DNA of 62,909 bases, the filler included, from Octopus bimaculoides (taxonomy: Eukaryota): NCBI RefSeq assembly GCF_001194135.2. It is 13 parts of 12 records of this genome, joined end to end, with 100 filler letters (N's around TTAATTAATTAA, not from the genome) between each part and the next. Parts side by side here need not be neighbours in the genome. Positions count along the whole stretch, not along the records: positions 38,829 to 41,273 come from NC_068992.1; positions 41,374 to 43,426 come from NW_026314087.1; positions 43,527 to 49,887 come from NC_068987.1; positions 49,988 to 57,477 come from NC_068982.1; 9 more parts are not named here. One strand, given 5' to 3'. Position numbers and translations under genes: made by a program. Positions 38,870 to 51,553 of the stretch are shown here, in pieces. The first letter of the stretch is position 1. Each line of letters opens with the position of its first letter. The notes beneath the pieces are model-generated. The model saw only the letters and a list, made by a program, of their open reading frames with translations. It made no database searches and was not told the origin of the DNA.

Positions 38870-40790
38870 AGGAGAGGAGAAAAACAAGCCTTACAAAAAC
38901 TAAAAAATGACAAGTCGATCGTCTTAAAGAAGCTGACAAAGGTAGAGTAATAGTAATTATGGATACAGATTACTACAAAGAAAAGATACTAGAGATTCTT
39001 AACAACCAGACATACTATAAAGAGAAATCAACACAACCGGAAAAAGCAACATTAAAAAAAATTGGAACATTAGTCAATGAATGCCAGGCCTCCTTTACAG
39101 ACAAGGAGAAAGACTATTTATGCAACTCAAGGACCAAAGAAAGCAATTTTTATGGACTATTTAAAGTTAAAAAAATCTCTGAAATACAGAGAGCCATAAA
39201 TGAACAGAGGAGCTATTATAGAAGAATACAAAGTCCCACAGACCTCACAATGAGACCAATAGTTGCAGGGCCCCAAGCACCAACACAACAACTAAGCCAC
39301 TTCATAGATGTACTCCTCAAACCTTTATGCCCATTGATACCAAGCTACACAAGAGATGACATAGACTTTCTCACACATTCCAAATACGATTCTGGAAAAC
39401 ACTATACTTGCAAGCTTCGATGTCACAAACTTATACACGTACCACATACCCTGGGTCTGGAGGCGATAAAACACTGGGTAGAAAACTACAGGGAATTCAT
39501 AGATAAACGCTTCAAAACTTCATCACCAAAGCCACCCAATTAATACTTGAAGAAAACACATTCACATCTAACAAGACATACCGACAGATAAAGGGCACGG
39601 TTATGGGTACAAAATTCGCACCTTCATATGCCAACCTGGTTATGGGTTTCCTTGAGAACAAACTATACGAGGAAATAGGGAAAATCTTCAAACACGACTT
39701 CAGAGATGACATCAAGAGAAAGTGGAAACGCTATCTCGATGACTGCTTCATCTTTTGGAACAGATTAGAAGATCTATGAACATTCTACAATATCCTCAAC
39801 ACACTGCACCCATCTATCAACTTCACGACAGAAACCAGTTATAACGAACTTCCCTTCCTAGACATCAATATCAAGATACACAATTCCATTGTCACAACGG
39901 ATATTGCTACAAAAAATCCGACACACACCAATACTTAAATTTCTACTCCTGCCACCCATCCCATATAAAAAGAAACATTCCATGTAGTATGGCAAGACGC
40001 ATGTGCAGCATAGTGGCCGACTCACAAACACGCCAAATAAGGCTAAATGAACTTAAAAACAACCTATTAGAACAGAAATACCCATTCAAATTAATAAAAA
40101 AACGGAATCTAAAGAGCAATGAAACTAGACATCACACAAGTCAGAAAAGAAAAGCAAAGAAAACATTATTCATTCATAAACACATACAACCCTGGAGTTA
40201 CCAACATGTTTCAAATTATACAATCAAACTTACCAATAGTCATACAAAGCCCCAAAATGGGAAATCTATTAAACAAATACTGCATAAGAAACAGTAAATG
40301 CACAGAGAAAAACCTGAAAAAACAAACTTACAAGAGCAAAATCCTTATCAGAGAATGAAACCGAATTCTTTGTGAAAGAACGTGGAGACAGTAGATGTGG
40401 GATCTGCAGAAACCCCATCTACAAATATATAGAGGAAAACAACCAAATAAAATTTAAGAGTGGTCACACATTCAAAGCAAATGCAAGCATGTATTGCAAG
40501 ACACAAAACTTAATATATTGCATAACCTGTCCCACATGCAAGGAGAACTATATAGGTGAAACTGGTAATTCTTTATGCCAATGAGCCAGAATTCATCGAC
40601 AACATATCCGACAGGGAGAACTACAAAAATTCCACTAAGTAAACACTTAGAAACATGTGAAGAAGGAAGATTCAAGATCTTTCCTTCTTCATAAAAAATA
40701 TGGAACAACACTTCATAGCAAAATTCTCCCCCAAACTGAATGGCTGAAAATATGAAAATCATATCAACTTCCTTATAAACCCATCTGCAA
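38870..40790 (+). pseudogene. Penelope-like element 2 (Neptune-type), near-complete RT plus GIY-YIG ORF with frameshifts
   Basis: ADKGRVIVIMD, FYGLFKV, MRPIVAGP, FDVTNLYT, QIKGTVMGTKFAPSYANL, KRYLDDCF, LPFLDI, SCHPSH, linker RCGIC, then IYCITCPTCKENYIGETG. Confidence 0.92.
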
Positions 40791-41373
40791 CCCTAAGATA
40801 TATGCATGTGTGTGTGTGTGTGTGTATACATAAATAGAAATATTCTTGCATCCAGATTTTCCAACCCATACCAGCATGGGAATCAAGCATTGGACAATGA
40901 TGATGATGATGATAATAAGTCCAGACAATCTTTTGAAAAATGAATTTCATTATTCCTCATCAAAACAGTAACCACCTGGTCTTGCCATTTTTACGCACCA
41001 AGAATCAACTTGTCATCTTCTATTGAAAGAACTGACCAATTGTATAGATATAAACACATTTTTTTCTTCTTTCTTTTTTCCTTCCTTTCTTTCCTTCTCT
41101 TTTCCATTGACATTAAGAAAAAACACATTTTTTCAATTTGAAAACATTTTTCTTTCAGAACCTCTGGTGAGCTGGCTGAACAGAGCATCTGTTCTAGCCA
41201 CCTACTTAAAAATATACATTCTTTTCCTTTTCTCTTTGTCTCTTGTTCAAAACACTTCCTTTCAGATACACAGNNNNNNNNNNNNNNNNNNNNNNNNNNN
41301 NNNNNNNNNNNNNNNNNTTAATTAATTAANNNNNNNNNNNNNNNNNNNNNNNNNNNNNNNNNNNNNNNNNNNN

Positions 41374-42303
41374 CCCACTAGACTTCAAAATGAATAGTGG
41401 TTTTTGCAAAAATGAAAACTATCCAAAAGCGAAAAAAACGACTGGAAAACACGAAATTTGCATTTTGAAATGTCGTTTTTTCATGCGTATTTAGTCTTCA
41501 AGTGATTCATGTGAGAGGGGATCACGGACAGGGTTCTCGAAGTCATGTGGGACTGGTTTTAGAGCTGACTTACACTCTGCGTACACAATTTTTACTTTGG
41601 TTTTCTTTGAGAAACTCCTAATATTACTCATGCAAATGTAACAATCAAAGACATGATTGGTTGGCTCATGTCATACCATTGGTACAGCAAAAGGCATTCC
41701 CTTTCGTTTCCTATTTAGCCACTGTGCAAGCCCTGAGTAACACACGGTGCAACATATATGAGGTGCCTGCCTCTTGTCTCGGTCCCCAACTTTACACTTG
41801 AAATAATATTTACAGGCAGCCCTTAATATGGTGGCAATGTTCTTCCGATGGTCATGTGGAGTAAATTTTCCACAGACATAACAAAAGTTGTCTAGGTGAT
41901 TCATACAGCCTGTCCTATTCATAATCTAACACAATGAACATAGTTAAAACGATAATCACACAGAGTGAGAAATACACATACGACATGTGATGGCAGAGCA
42001 AAAGATCAAACTGTTGCATTTGGCACTTGCACACAATCTATTGCTAAACTAAATAATGAATTTTCTCATCATTTGTTTTATTACTGTTATTTCTTTAATT
42101 TTGAATTAAGACCACTTTCATTTTAGTAAATTTTATAATATGACCTATATCTAGCCGAAAGTATAGCTATAATCTTGTGCATGCACATAACTCAAAATCC
42201 TGACGTGCTCGAACATTTCTGAGTGTGGATTCAGAATCAACATCCTTGATTTAGTCTAAAACACATGTTTTTACCCCAGTAGCAACATTTTTGTTGTCAA
42301 GTG
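41374..42303 (-). mobile_element. Chapaev3-like (CMC) DNA transposon deletion derivative
   Basis: FCYVCG...GDRDKRQAPHICCTVC...FAVPMV*HEPTNHVFDCYIC zinc-finger N-terminus; terminus reads CACTTGACAACAAAAA with a flanking TAA; the other end is in a gap. Confidence 0.72.
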
Positions 42304-42317
42304 TTATTTATATTTAT

Positions 42318-43402
42318 GCTAATACCCATGCATGGTTAATATTCCTGCTTAGATTAAAAGTAGTTATATTATNNNNNNNNNNNNNNNNNNNNNNNNNNNN
42401 NNNNNNNNNNNNNNNNNNNNNNNNNNNNNNNNNNNNNNNTTTTAATTTATGTTTGATTTTTAAATTTAGCCATTGTTTTATATTATTTTTGTATTTTTAA
42501 TGTTAAGTTCAATTTATTATCTGTTTATTAAATTTATTTAAATTTCTACATTATATTTAGGTTAACCACAACAAATTAGAATAGTTTAATGTTTGGTTAC
42601 ATTTATTATCTATTCAATAAATTTATTTGATATTCTAAAATTACATTTAGCTTAATTGCCATAAATTAAAATATGCATCTTCCCTAAGTTAATCAAATTG
42701 CATTTAGATGTTATATGCTTTAATTATTACTGCTTATTTTGTATCTTATACTCATAATTTTCATTTCGAAAGACACATTACAAGTAGTGGTAACATGTCT
42801 ATGCTTACAATTTTCAGTTTAATATTAATCTACTAATTTATTAAATTTTCTAAAAACATAATTTGAGTAGTGGCAACAAGCTAAANNNNNNNNNNTTTAT
42901 TAAATTTTCTAAAAACATAATTTGAGTAGTGGCAACAAGCTAAAATATTTTTACAAGAATTCAATAATTTATGTTAGATTTTATGATTTGAAAAATCTCT
43001 TTGGTACATAAACGACATTTCCTATCTGAAATATGGTAAGCTATGACATGGCTTACAACCTCCCATTTAATCGTATAATCTTTTCCATTATCCTTTAACA
43101 TTCATATAAATTTGCTGAAACTAGTATTATTAATTTTATGTCATGGTTTGTGATTCTTCATTTAAATCTATTTTCAGTTGAACCTAAGTAATAGTATTCC
43201 TTCCCCTCAGATTTAACAATAAAAATCAAACAAAATAACATATNNNNNNNNNNTATTCCTTCCCCTCAGATTTAACAATAAAAATCAAACAAAATAACAT
43301 ATACTATATTATATTATATAATGTTTCAATTTCATTTTACTATCTGTCAGATAATATAACTACTTTTAATCTAAGCAGGAATATTAATCTTGCATGAGTA
43401 TT
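42318..43402. mobile_element. AT-rich non-coding element with ~50-bp TIRs (unclassified MITE-like)
   Basis: AATATTCCTGCTTAGATTAAAAGTAGTTATATTAT at ~42337-42371 is the exact reverse complement of ~43351-43385. Confidence 0.6.
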
Positions 43403-43748
43403 TTTTGCTAATCAAGGCCTTAGTTTNNNNNNNNNNNNNNNNNNNNNNNNNNNNNNNNNNNNNNNNNNNNTTAATTAATTAANNNNNNNNNNNNNNNNNN
43501 NNNNNNNNNNNNNNNNNNNNNNNNNNTATATATATATATATATACATATATATACATATATATACCTATACATACATAATATATACAGATAGCTATAAAC
43601 ATATTTATATTTGTATATGTGTATATAAATACATATATAAATATATACATATATATATATGCATGTATGTATATACACATATACACATATACATACAAAT
43701 ATATGTGTGTGTATATATATGTACACATATATGCATATATATATGTAT

Positions 43749-43802
<54 letters not shown>

Positions 43803-44009
43803 ATATTTTCTCTAGATATCTTATGATATCTTTTTCACAGGCGTCTCTTCTTTCAGATAACTTTCTCTGCTATCGTTTTCTTAATATCCTTTCTCAGATT
43901 CATAATTTTGAATTTTGACAATTACTCACACCCTTCTTTGAGATAACATCCTTTGATATCTCTTCCTTGATATTCCTTCATTAAAGATATCATCAATAAA
44001 TATTCTTAT

Positions 44010-44345
44010 ACCGATACCGTTTGACAATCAGCGTGGGATGTAGAGGGATGGCAGGCCAGTCCTTCCACAAAGCTTGCAACATGCTTGGCATAACACAGGA
44101 GCCAGTACATAGAGGGCCATCAGATTGGCTGTGGAGGCAGCTGAGGTTGCTCCAAGGTAACTTCAGAGCAGGAGGTGTGGGCCCTGGAAGGGGAAGTGTG
44201 ACCAAGGATAGTGCAAACTGGACACAAACTGGGGCTTATTCTACATTTGCTGGGTCACCTGGATGAGCTTGTCTGATGTTGAAAATTTGAAACATCTAAA
44301 GACTCCCAGAAGGCAGCCCTAATCATGTGTCCAGATGCATCTCAG
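44010..44345 (+). mobile_element. HERO-like REL LINE 3' end, copy A
   Basis: ISVGCRGMAGQSFHKACNMLGIT, then in a shifted frame RAIRLAVEAAEVA, resembles the HERO EVGCRGF...EAAE.AS.WLW motif. Confidence 0.62.
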
Positions 44346-44410
44346 GATGATGTATGGAAAAACTTTAACGAAGGACGATTCGCCAAGTGCATTATATTTT
44401 CGGTTGTTAA

Positions 44411-44632
44411 CCCTTTCGATACAAACCCGGCTGAAACTGCCTCTGGATCTGTAGTACAAATGTCTTGTTTTCAAAAGTTCTGAATTAAAATCTTCCACCA
44501 AACCTTAGTCACAATTTATGTTCCTAACACTAGCTTAATGATAACTAAGTTATTTTACTAATTTCTTTGTTATATTTAAAATTAATTGAAAGAAACACAG
44601 AGCATCTCAACAGAAATATGGTAACAAAAGGG
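44411..44632. mobile_element. piggyBac-like MITE (TTAA TSD, CCCTTT termini)
   Basis: TTAA-CCCTTT...AAAGGG-TTAA; reverse-oriented copies at 54207-54428 and 54451-54665. Confidence 0.85.
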
Positions 44633-44729
44633 TTAAGGAAGCAGTGTTAAAAATTTTGGTAATTTCACAAAGATCTACATGGTTCTGTTATTACCCTCTG
44701 TTCTTCTCTTATATTACATGAAATATTTA

Positions 44730-45020
44730 ATTAGTGTGAGGCGACTGCTGTTATCGTTAGGCCTAACTCATCGTAAGGTAAATACCACCATTACCGATAT
44801 CCAAACTACAATGGAGAAGGCTAGCCACTGGATTTGGTTAAAAAGAGACGAGGAGCGATGGCTAGAGAAATATTGCGCTTTGTTTTTAATAACCAGTTGA
44901 TCTAGCAAGCGGGGCCTCATATCGTCGTCATCACATTGATGCCGTCGAGAGGTAGGCCCCGAAACGGCGCACATTCTCTCCTGATGACCCCATACACTTG
45001 CTGGCTTCCGGTATGCGGAG
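44730..45020 (+). mobile_element. HERO-like REL LINE 3' end, copy B (different subfamily)
   Basis: SVRRLLLSLGL...TTMEKASHWIWLKRD matches the recalled HERO C-terminus. Confidence 0.62.
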
Positions 45021-45339
45021 TTCTCGACTGGTAGCACTTGCATGTGTGAGCTGTTTGCAAAACATTACATAATTATAATGTGTATTCATTAATTTCATGT
45101 TTCAGTAACGATGTCGTTATGTATGAAACTTACAACTACTGATATAAGCAATTAAAAAGTTCAATAAAATTCGTTGAAAAGGCTACAATTTTGGAAAAAT
45201 GTGGTCGAAGGGTGGGTGAGTGGGTGGAGGGTTGTTCCTTTTGTTGCCTTATCAGCTCTGCCGATGGTTCTTTCTTCTTTTTCAACTTCCTCTTCCTCCT
45301 CCTTCTCCTTCTTGTCCACCTCCTTCTTTTACTCTTATA

Positions 45340-45587
45340 CTCTTTTACTCTTTTACTTGTTTCAGTCATTTGACTGCGGCCATGCTGGAGCACCGCCTTT
45401 AGTCGAGCAAATCAACCCCAGGACTTATTCTTTGTAAGCCTAGTACTTATTCTATCGGTCTCTTTTGCCAAACTGCTAGGTTACGGGGAGATAAACACAC
45501 CAGCATCAGTTGTCAAGCGATGCTGGGGGGGGGACAAACACAGACACACAAACATACACACACGCACACACACACACACACACACAC
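45340..45587 (-). mobile_element. SINE S3 3' half ending at its internal (CA)n and a gap
   Basis: TATTCTATCGGTCTCTTTTGCC...GGGGACAAACACAGACAC is shared with 9600-9700, 32400-32490 and 48250-48340. Confidence 0.82.
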
Positions 45588-46567
45588 NNNNNNNNNNNNN
45601 NNNNNNNNNNNNNNNNNNNNNNNNNNNNNNNNNNNNNNNNNNNNNNNNNNNNNNNNNNNNNNNNNNNNNNNNNNNNNNNNNNNNNNNNNNNNNNNNNNNN
45701 NNNNNNNNNNNNNNNNNNNNNNNNNNNNNNNNNNNNNNNNNNNNNNNNNNNNNNNNNNNNNNNNNNNNNNNNNNNNNNNNNNNNNNNNNNNNNNNNNNNN
45801 NNNNNNNNNNNNNNNNNNNNNNNNNNNNNNNNNNNNNNNNNNNNNNNNNNNNNNNNNNNNNNNNNNNNNNNNNNNNNNNNNNNNNNNNNNNNNNNNNNNN
45901 NNNNNNNNNNNNNNNNNNNNNNNNNNNNNNNNNNNNNNNNNNNNNNNNNNNNNNNNNNNNNNNNNNNNNNNNNNNNNNNNNNNNNNNNNNNNNNNNNNNN
46001 NNNNNNNNNNNNNNNNNNNNNNNNNNNNNNNNNNNNNNNNNNNNNNNNNNNNNNNNNNNNNNNNNNNNNNNNNNNNNNNNNNNNNNNNNNNNNNNNNNNN
46101 NNNNNNNNNNNNNNNNNNNNNNNNNNNNNNNNNNNNNNNNNNNNNNNNNNNNNNNNNNNNNNNNNNNNNNNNNNNNNNNNNNNNNNNNNNNNNNNNNNNN
46201 NNNNNNNNNNNNNNNNNNNNNNNNNNNNNNNNNNNNNNNNNNNNNNNNNNNNNNNNNNNNNNNNNNNNNNNNNNNNNNNNNNNNNNNNNNNNNNNNNNNN
46301 NNNNNNNNNNNNNNNNNNNNNNAGCAAGAAAAAAGAAAAGAAAATCAAAAAAGCCAAAAAAAAAACCTAAAAAAAAACCCCCCAAAGAAACACAAGATGG
46401 TCATGACTAGAAAATAATATTTCTTTCTCTCTTTTTTTTTAATTGTTCTTTGTGTGTTTAGGTTGTTGTTTTTTTTTTTTATGCAATGCAGTTGTTGTTA
46501 AAATCTATTTTGTTTTAGTACGGTATTGTAGTAATTGTACAACCTAATTCAATATTTATTTTAACAG

Positions 46568-46627
46568 AGAATATATTGGATTTTCTCCTGCTGCTGCTGT
46601 TGTACACTAGATTCTTCATGATTGTAG
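46568..46627 (+). CDS. Candidate 60-nt exon encoding a hydrophobic segment (NILDFLLLLLLYTRFFMIV)
   Basis: CTAAT branch-like motif, TTTAACAG acceptor, TAG|GTGGGT donor, phase 1 to 1; reads like a signal anchor. Confidence 0.38.
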
Positions 46628-47079
46628 GTGGGTGGTTTAGAATTTTTAATAACATGTAGCATTTCTTTCTTTCTTTCTTTCTTTTTTGGCACGCACGCGT
46701 GTGTGTATGTAGGTGTGTGTGCAGCAGGAGAATATTTTTTATGAAGAATTATACTTAACAGTTTTTTGGGTTTTTTCCCCTTTTTCTGTCTGATATGTTA
46801 CCAATATGATACCATGAAAGTCAATGGAGTTTTTGTTAATTCTAATCTTTAAGTTGAATTCCTTAAACGCTTCCAATAATTTTTTTTTTCCCTAAATTTT
46901 TGTTGATAGGAACATTCATACAGGTGACAGAAAGGTGAAGGTATAACTCCCTGGCTCATCTGTTCCCACGTTTTGGTTCTGTTAGAGTAAAGGGCAGACT
47001 TCCAAGATGGCACATTCTTCATGAACTCAAAGGGTTTTCTGAGAGACAGGGATGGAGAGGAAGAGGAAGAGGTAGAGAG

Positions 47080-47113
<34 letters not shown>

Positions 47114-47690
47114 GAAATTCTACTGTGTTCAAATCTATGTTGAAAGGTGTTCCATTCATGACTATCATGCCTGATATTTTTTATAGATATAACTTCCCTT
47201 TATCATCATCGTCGTCATCATCATCGTCGTCATCATCATCGTCGTCATCGTNNNNNNNNNNNNNNNNNNNNNNNNNNNNNNNNNNNNNNNNNNNNNNNNN
47301 NNNNNNNNNNNNNNNNNNNNNNNNNNNNNNNNNNNNNNNNNNNNNNNNNNNGTATGTATGTATATGTATATATACACACTCATAGGAGGGGTGGTTTTCT
47401 CTGTGTGCACAAACTGAATATTTTACGGAATATTTCTTCGACTAAAGGTCTCTGAGTACTCTTGTTCATATTGTTTTTAATTAATCATGCATTACCTCAC
47501 GGCTATGAGATTTCGATGATGCGATTGTTTAGTTTTTGAACGACATTACAGGGTAGATGTGAGAGATCAGATCTGGTCAATTCGGACATAGAACAGCTGG
47601 AATATTTAGGCCAGCTATGGTCAGTTTAAATGCTCTGTGAATATTGCAAAATTTTTCTCCACCCATTTTTATTATATCTTTGCCTTATAA

Positions 47691-48115
47691 GGTGGCGAGC
47701 TGGCAGAAACGTTAGCACGCCGGGCGAAATGCTTAGCGGTATTTCATCTGTCTTTACGTTCTGAGTTCAAATTCCACCGAGGTCGACTTTGCCTTTCATC
47801 CTTTCGGGGTCGATAAATTAAGTACCAGTTACACACTGGAGTCAATGTAATCGACTTAATCCCTTTGTCTGTCCTTGTTTGTCCCCTCTATGTTTAGCCC
47901 CTTGTGGGTAATAAAGAAATAAGAATTGTTAGCATGCCTGGCAAAATGCTTAGCGGTACTTCGTCTGTCTTTATGTTCTGAGTTCAAATTCTGCCAAGGT
48001 TGACCTTACCTTTCATCCTTCTGGGGTTAATTAAGTACCAGTTGTGTACTGGGGTTGATCTAATCAACTGGCCCCCTCCCCCAAAATTTCGGGCCTTGTG
48101 CCTAGAGTAGAAAAG
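47691..48115 (+). mobile_element. SINE S1 head-to-tail dimer
   Basis: Full copy to AATAAAGAAAT, then a headless second unit starting GTTAGCATGCC with a different tail (GGCCCCCTCCCCCAAAATTTCGGG). Confidence 0.88.
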
Positions 48116-48139
48116 GATATCGTACCCTTATTTGCATCG

Positions 48140-48362
48140 TTTATTTGTTTCCATTATTGGACTGCGTCCATGCTACGGCACCACCTTGAGGGGTTCATTT
48201 GAATGAATCAACCCCCCAAGACTTTTTAAATTTTATTTTTAAAGTCAGGTTCTTATTCTATTGGTCTCTTTGATCAAACTGCTAAGGTACAGGAACATAA
48301 ACAAACCAACACTGTGGGAACAAACAGAAACACAAAAATAAACACACACACACACACACATG
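48140..48362 (-). mobile_element. SINE S3 3' half
   Basis: Similar to 45340-45587; also ends at (CA)n and a gap. Confidence 0.72.
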
Positions 48363-49698
48363 CATGCATACATNNNNNNNNNNNNNNNNNNNNNNNNNNN
48401 NNNNNNNNNNNNNNNNNNNNNNNNNNNNNNNNNNNNNNNNNNNNNNNNNNNNNNNNNNNNNNNNNNNNNNNNNNNNNNNNNNNNNNNNNNNNNNNNNNNN
48501 NNNNNNNNNNNNNNNNNNNNNNNNNNNNNNNNNNNNNNNNNNNNNNNNNNNNNNNNNNNNNNNNNNNNNNNNNNNNNNNNNNNNNNNNNNNNNNNNNNNN
48601 NNNNNNNNNNNNNNNNNNNNNNNNNNNCACCACCCCTCACCACCCCTTCTTCTCCTCTTCACCACCATTACCACCCTCCTCCTCCTCACCATCATCATCA
48701 TCATCCTCACCACCACCACCACCACCACCACCACTATCATTATCATCATCATCATCATCATCCCCCTCCCACCACCATCATTTAACATCCCTTTTTCCAG
48801 CTGGACAGGACAGGGGTTTGTTTGACAGGACCCAATAAAGCCAGAAGACTGCACCGACCTCCACTGTGTCTGTTTTGGGCACATCACTTTACCCTTTTTC
48901 CCTTTTTTACCGTTTGATGCCCTTCCCTAACATCACACACTTCCAATGTAATTATTATTCCTAAATTCAAATATAAAATAGTTCGTTTTTATTTTATTTC
49001 ATTTCTTATCCTTTATCCATATATTTTATATAAAATGCAATATCAAAAACTAATATATTATATTATAGTATACTATCAACTATTGTAATAGTCATACAAA
49101 ACTATCTATTATATATATAATATTCTCTTGGTTTTCTACTAAATTTATACGTTCTTATACTCTTCTCTCTTATAAATGTTACTTATTGTTGTTGTTGATG
49201 ATGATGATGATCTGTCGCGTTACAAGTACCTATCTTTTATTTTATAATTCTATATAATATAATATAGTTTTATGAGAATTTAAGCTCCAAACGAAACGAA
49301 ACCAAAAAAAAAAAATAATAAAAATAGAAGATATCTGTGATAGATACATCGTAGCTATTTTAAAGAGAGTTTTACAACACATTGTCATATATCTGCTTTC
49401 TTTCTTTCTTTCTTTCGTTTTTTTTTCACCCTCCCCACAAAACTCTATGCTGTCACATGAGAGAAATTTGGTTGCTATTTCTATTTTATAATTCCAAACA
49501 AAACCAAGCGAGGTTACTTCAACGGCTTGTTATATATATGTTTTTAGTTCTTGAATTTAAAAAACCTCAACTTGAAGTGAAGGTTTCAATACCTGTTCCT
49601 GGAATTTAATTGACAGCTGTGAATATTGTTGTTCAGATGGATGGAGCCCATTCATAGCAGTTGTTGATTCAAATATAGAAGTCTTTTGACAGACAATA

Positions 49699-49699
<1 letters not shown>

Positions 49700-49729
<30 letters not shown>

Positions 49730-49887
49730 CTTCTTCTTCTTCTTCTTCTTCTTCTCCTTCTTCTTCGTCTTCTTCTTCTTCTTCCAATTCTCCTTCTTCT
49801 TCTTCTTCTTCTTCTTCTTCTTCTCCTCCTCCTCCTCCTCCTCCTTCTTCTTTTTCTCCTCCACCGTTTTCTTCTCCTCCTCCTCCT
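49700..49887. repeat. (TTC)n/(CTC)n microsatellite
   Basis: Directly visible; source of the poly-E/K ORFs. Confidence 0.97.
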
Positions 49888-50090
49888 NNNNNNNNNNNNN
49901 NNNNNNNNNNNNNNNNNNNNNNNNNNNNNNNTTAATTAATTAANNNNNNNNNNNNNNNNNNNNNNNNNNNNNNNNNNNNNNNNNNNNATAACAGAAACAA
50001 CCACAATAAGCCAAACCTATGCACATTTCAATAGAGCTCTATCCTTTAAGAGACATGTATACATATATATATATACATATATATATATAC

Positions 50091-50121
<31 letters not shown>

Positions 50122-50199
50122 CATATATAAACAATTGCAGCATGGAAGGTGTTTATAAGCCATTTAAAAACACACAGAAACCGTTAGATTCACTTCAAT

Positions 50200-50640
50200 A
50201 TTTAAATTTAATTTGTCAAAATATTTTTGTTGCTTTGAAACTGCAACCTTTTCACTGACAAAATTCCATGCTGGAGCAATCATGAACTACCACAAAGCAT
50301 GAAAACTCTGCTTTTCTTTTAAGTCATTAAATAAGCTTAAAGTCATGAAGAGGTGATGTTCTACTGGCGCATAACCTCCATCAATGTATTCAATAGTTTT
50401 CCTATATTTTCCTCTTTACCCATTCTATTCTTATTCCTAATTATTTTTGTACCAGCTAAGGTCATTACATTTTGAGCTCAAGTTTTAATCTTTATAGAAT
50501 TAATGTAGATTGTTTTTACAGTTGCTGGTTTCAGACCAAGAGCTGTTCCAATAACTACAGATTACTTACTGCCCATCATCTAATCTCATAACATTTCTTA
50601 TTTAGTTTCCAATCTTAGTTTTCTCTTCTTGTTGCCCCAG
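50200..50640 (-). pseudogene. Possible Tigger/pogo transposase N-terminal relic
   Basis: RRKLRLETK...SVVIGTALGLKPATVKTI...IGKLLNTLME resembles a Psq/CENP-B HTH; multiple stops. Confidence 0.42.
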
Positions 50641-51553
50641 ACAGTCGTGGTATACAGTACACACCTAATTGTCATTGCAACTGGAATAAACAAAATGTTA
50701 GACATTTATCTCCACTTAAAAGTGGATGTTGTGTTAGAACCCAGAATACTGTGATAGTTATGAAGAGAGAACCTCTCATATAGGTATTTGGTGCATATAA
50801 GCACTCTTGTTTATATCACCAGTGGTAGATAACTCCACCATCACCATTTCCATGATTACAGGATTTCATAGATCACATGATTTCGGCCTTCCTTGGCCTT
50901 GTCAACAATGGTAGATGCTCAATTGCTAGAAATAGAAGTGATATCTCTACTAGTGATATACATAGAATCTCAGTGTGTAATCAGGCACAGGTGTCACGAA
51001 TAGCCAGTGGGCTTGTCAAAAAATAATTAATAGTGACAGAAGCAGGTAATATTAATACGAAAAGGTAATATTTAGCACCGTTTAAAAGTGGATGTTGTGT
51101 TCAAAATAAAAATTATAAGAAGCACCACCTATCACCATTCAGTTCAACCCCAAACAATAAAAACAGGCTCATTTTGAATTTGGAAAGCTTCATAGTAGCT
51201 TAGCATTTGGTTGCTTTTGTCTGTAATTTGTACACTTAGACTTCTATACATTATTTATTTATCTAAATCTATAATAATTTTCATACAATACCTTGTCTCA
51301 AAGGCCTGGAGTAAAACAACTTCTTAGTACAAAACTGGAAAGAAATCATAGCAGAGATTTAAATAGATTAGTAAAGATCTAACAGACTCTTCTTTAGAAC
51401 TTTAGAAGAAGAAGAATTCTTATCTATTAAACATAGTTTCATTCTTTATTTTTCTATTCATTATTTGATATATATGTTTAGCATTGTCATACTTAAAAAA
51501 TTGCATTTTCATTATAATGACAATGCTTAATATATATATAATTAATAATTATT

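Noticed and set aside
44955-44995. Type II hammerhead (CGAAAC then CTGATGA)
   Set aside because: The stem II strands (CCC and CCCC) cannot pair and there is no valid stem I or III.
49557-49700. Minus-strand exon ESTTAMNGLHPSEQQYSQLSIKFQEQ
   Set aside because: A donor-like site exists but there is no convincing acceptor, and the ORF is an extension of a (GAA)n repeat.
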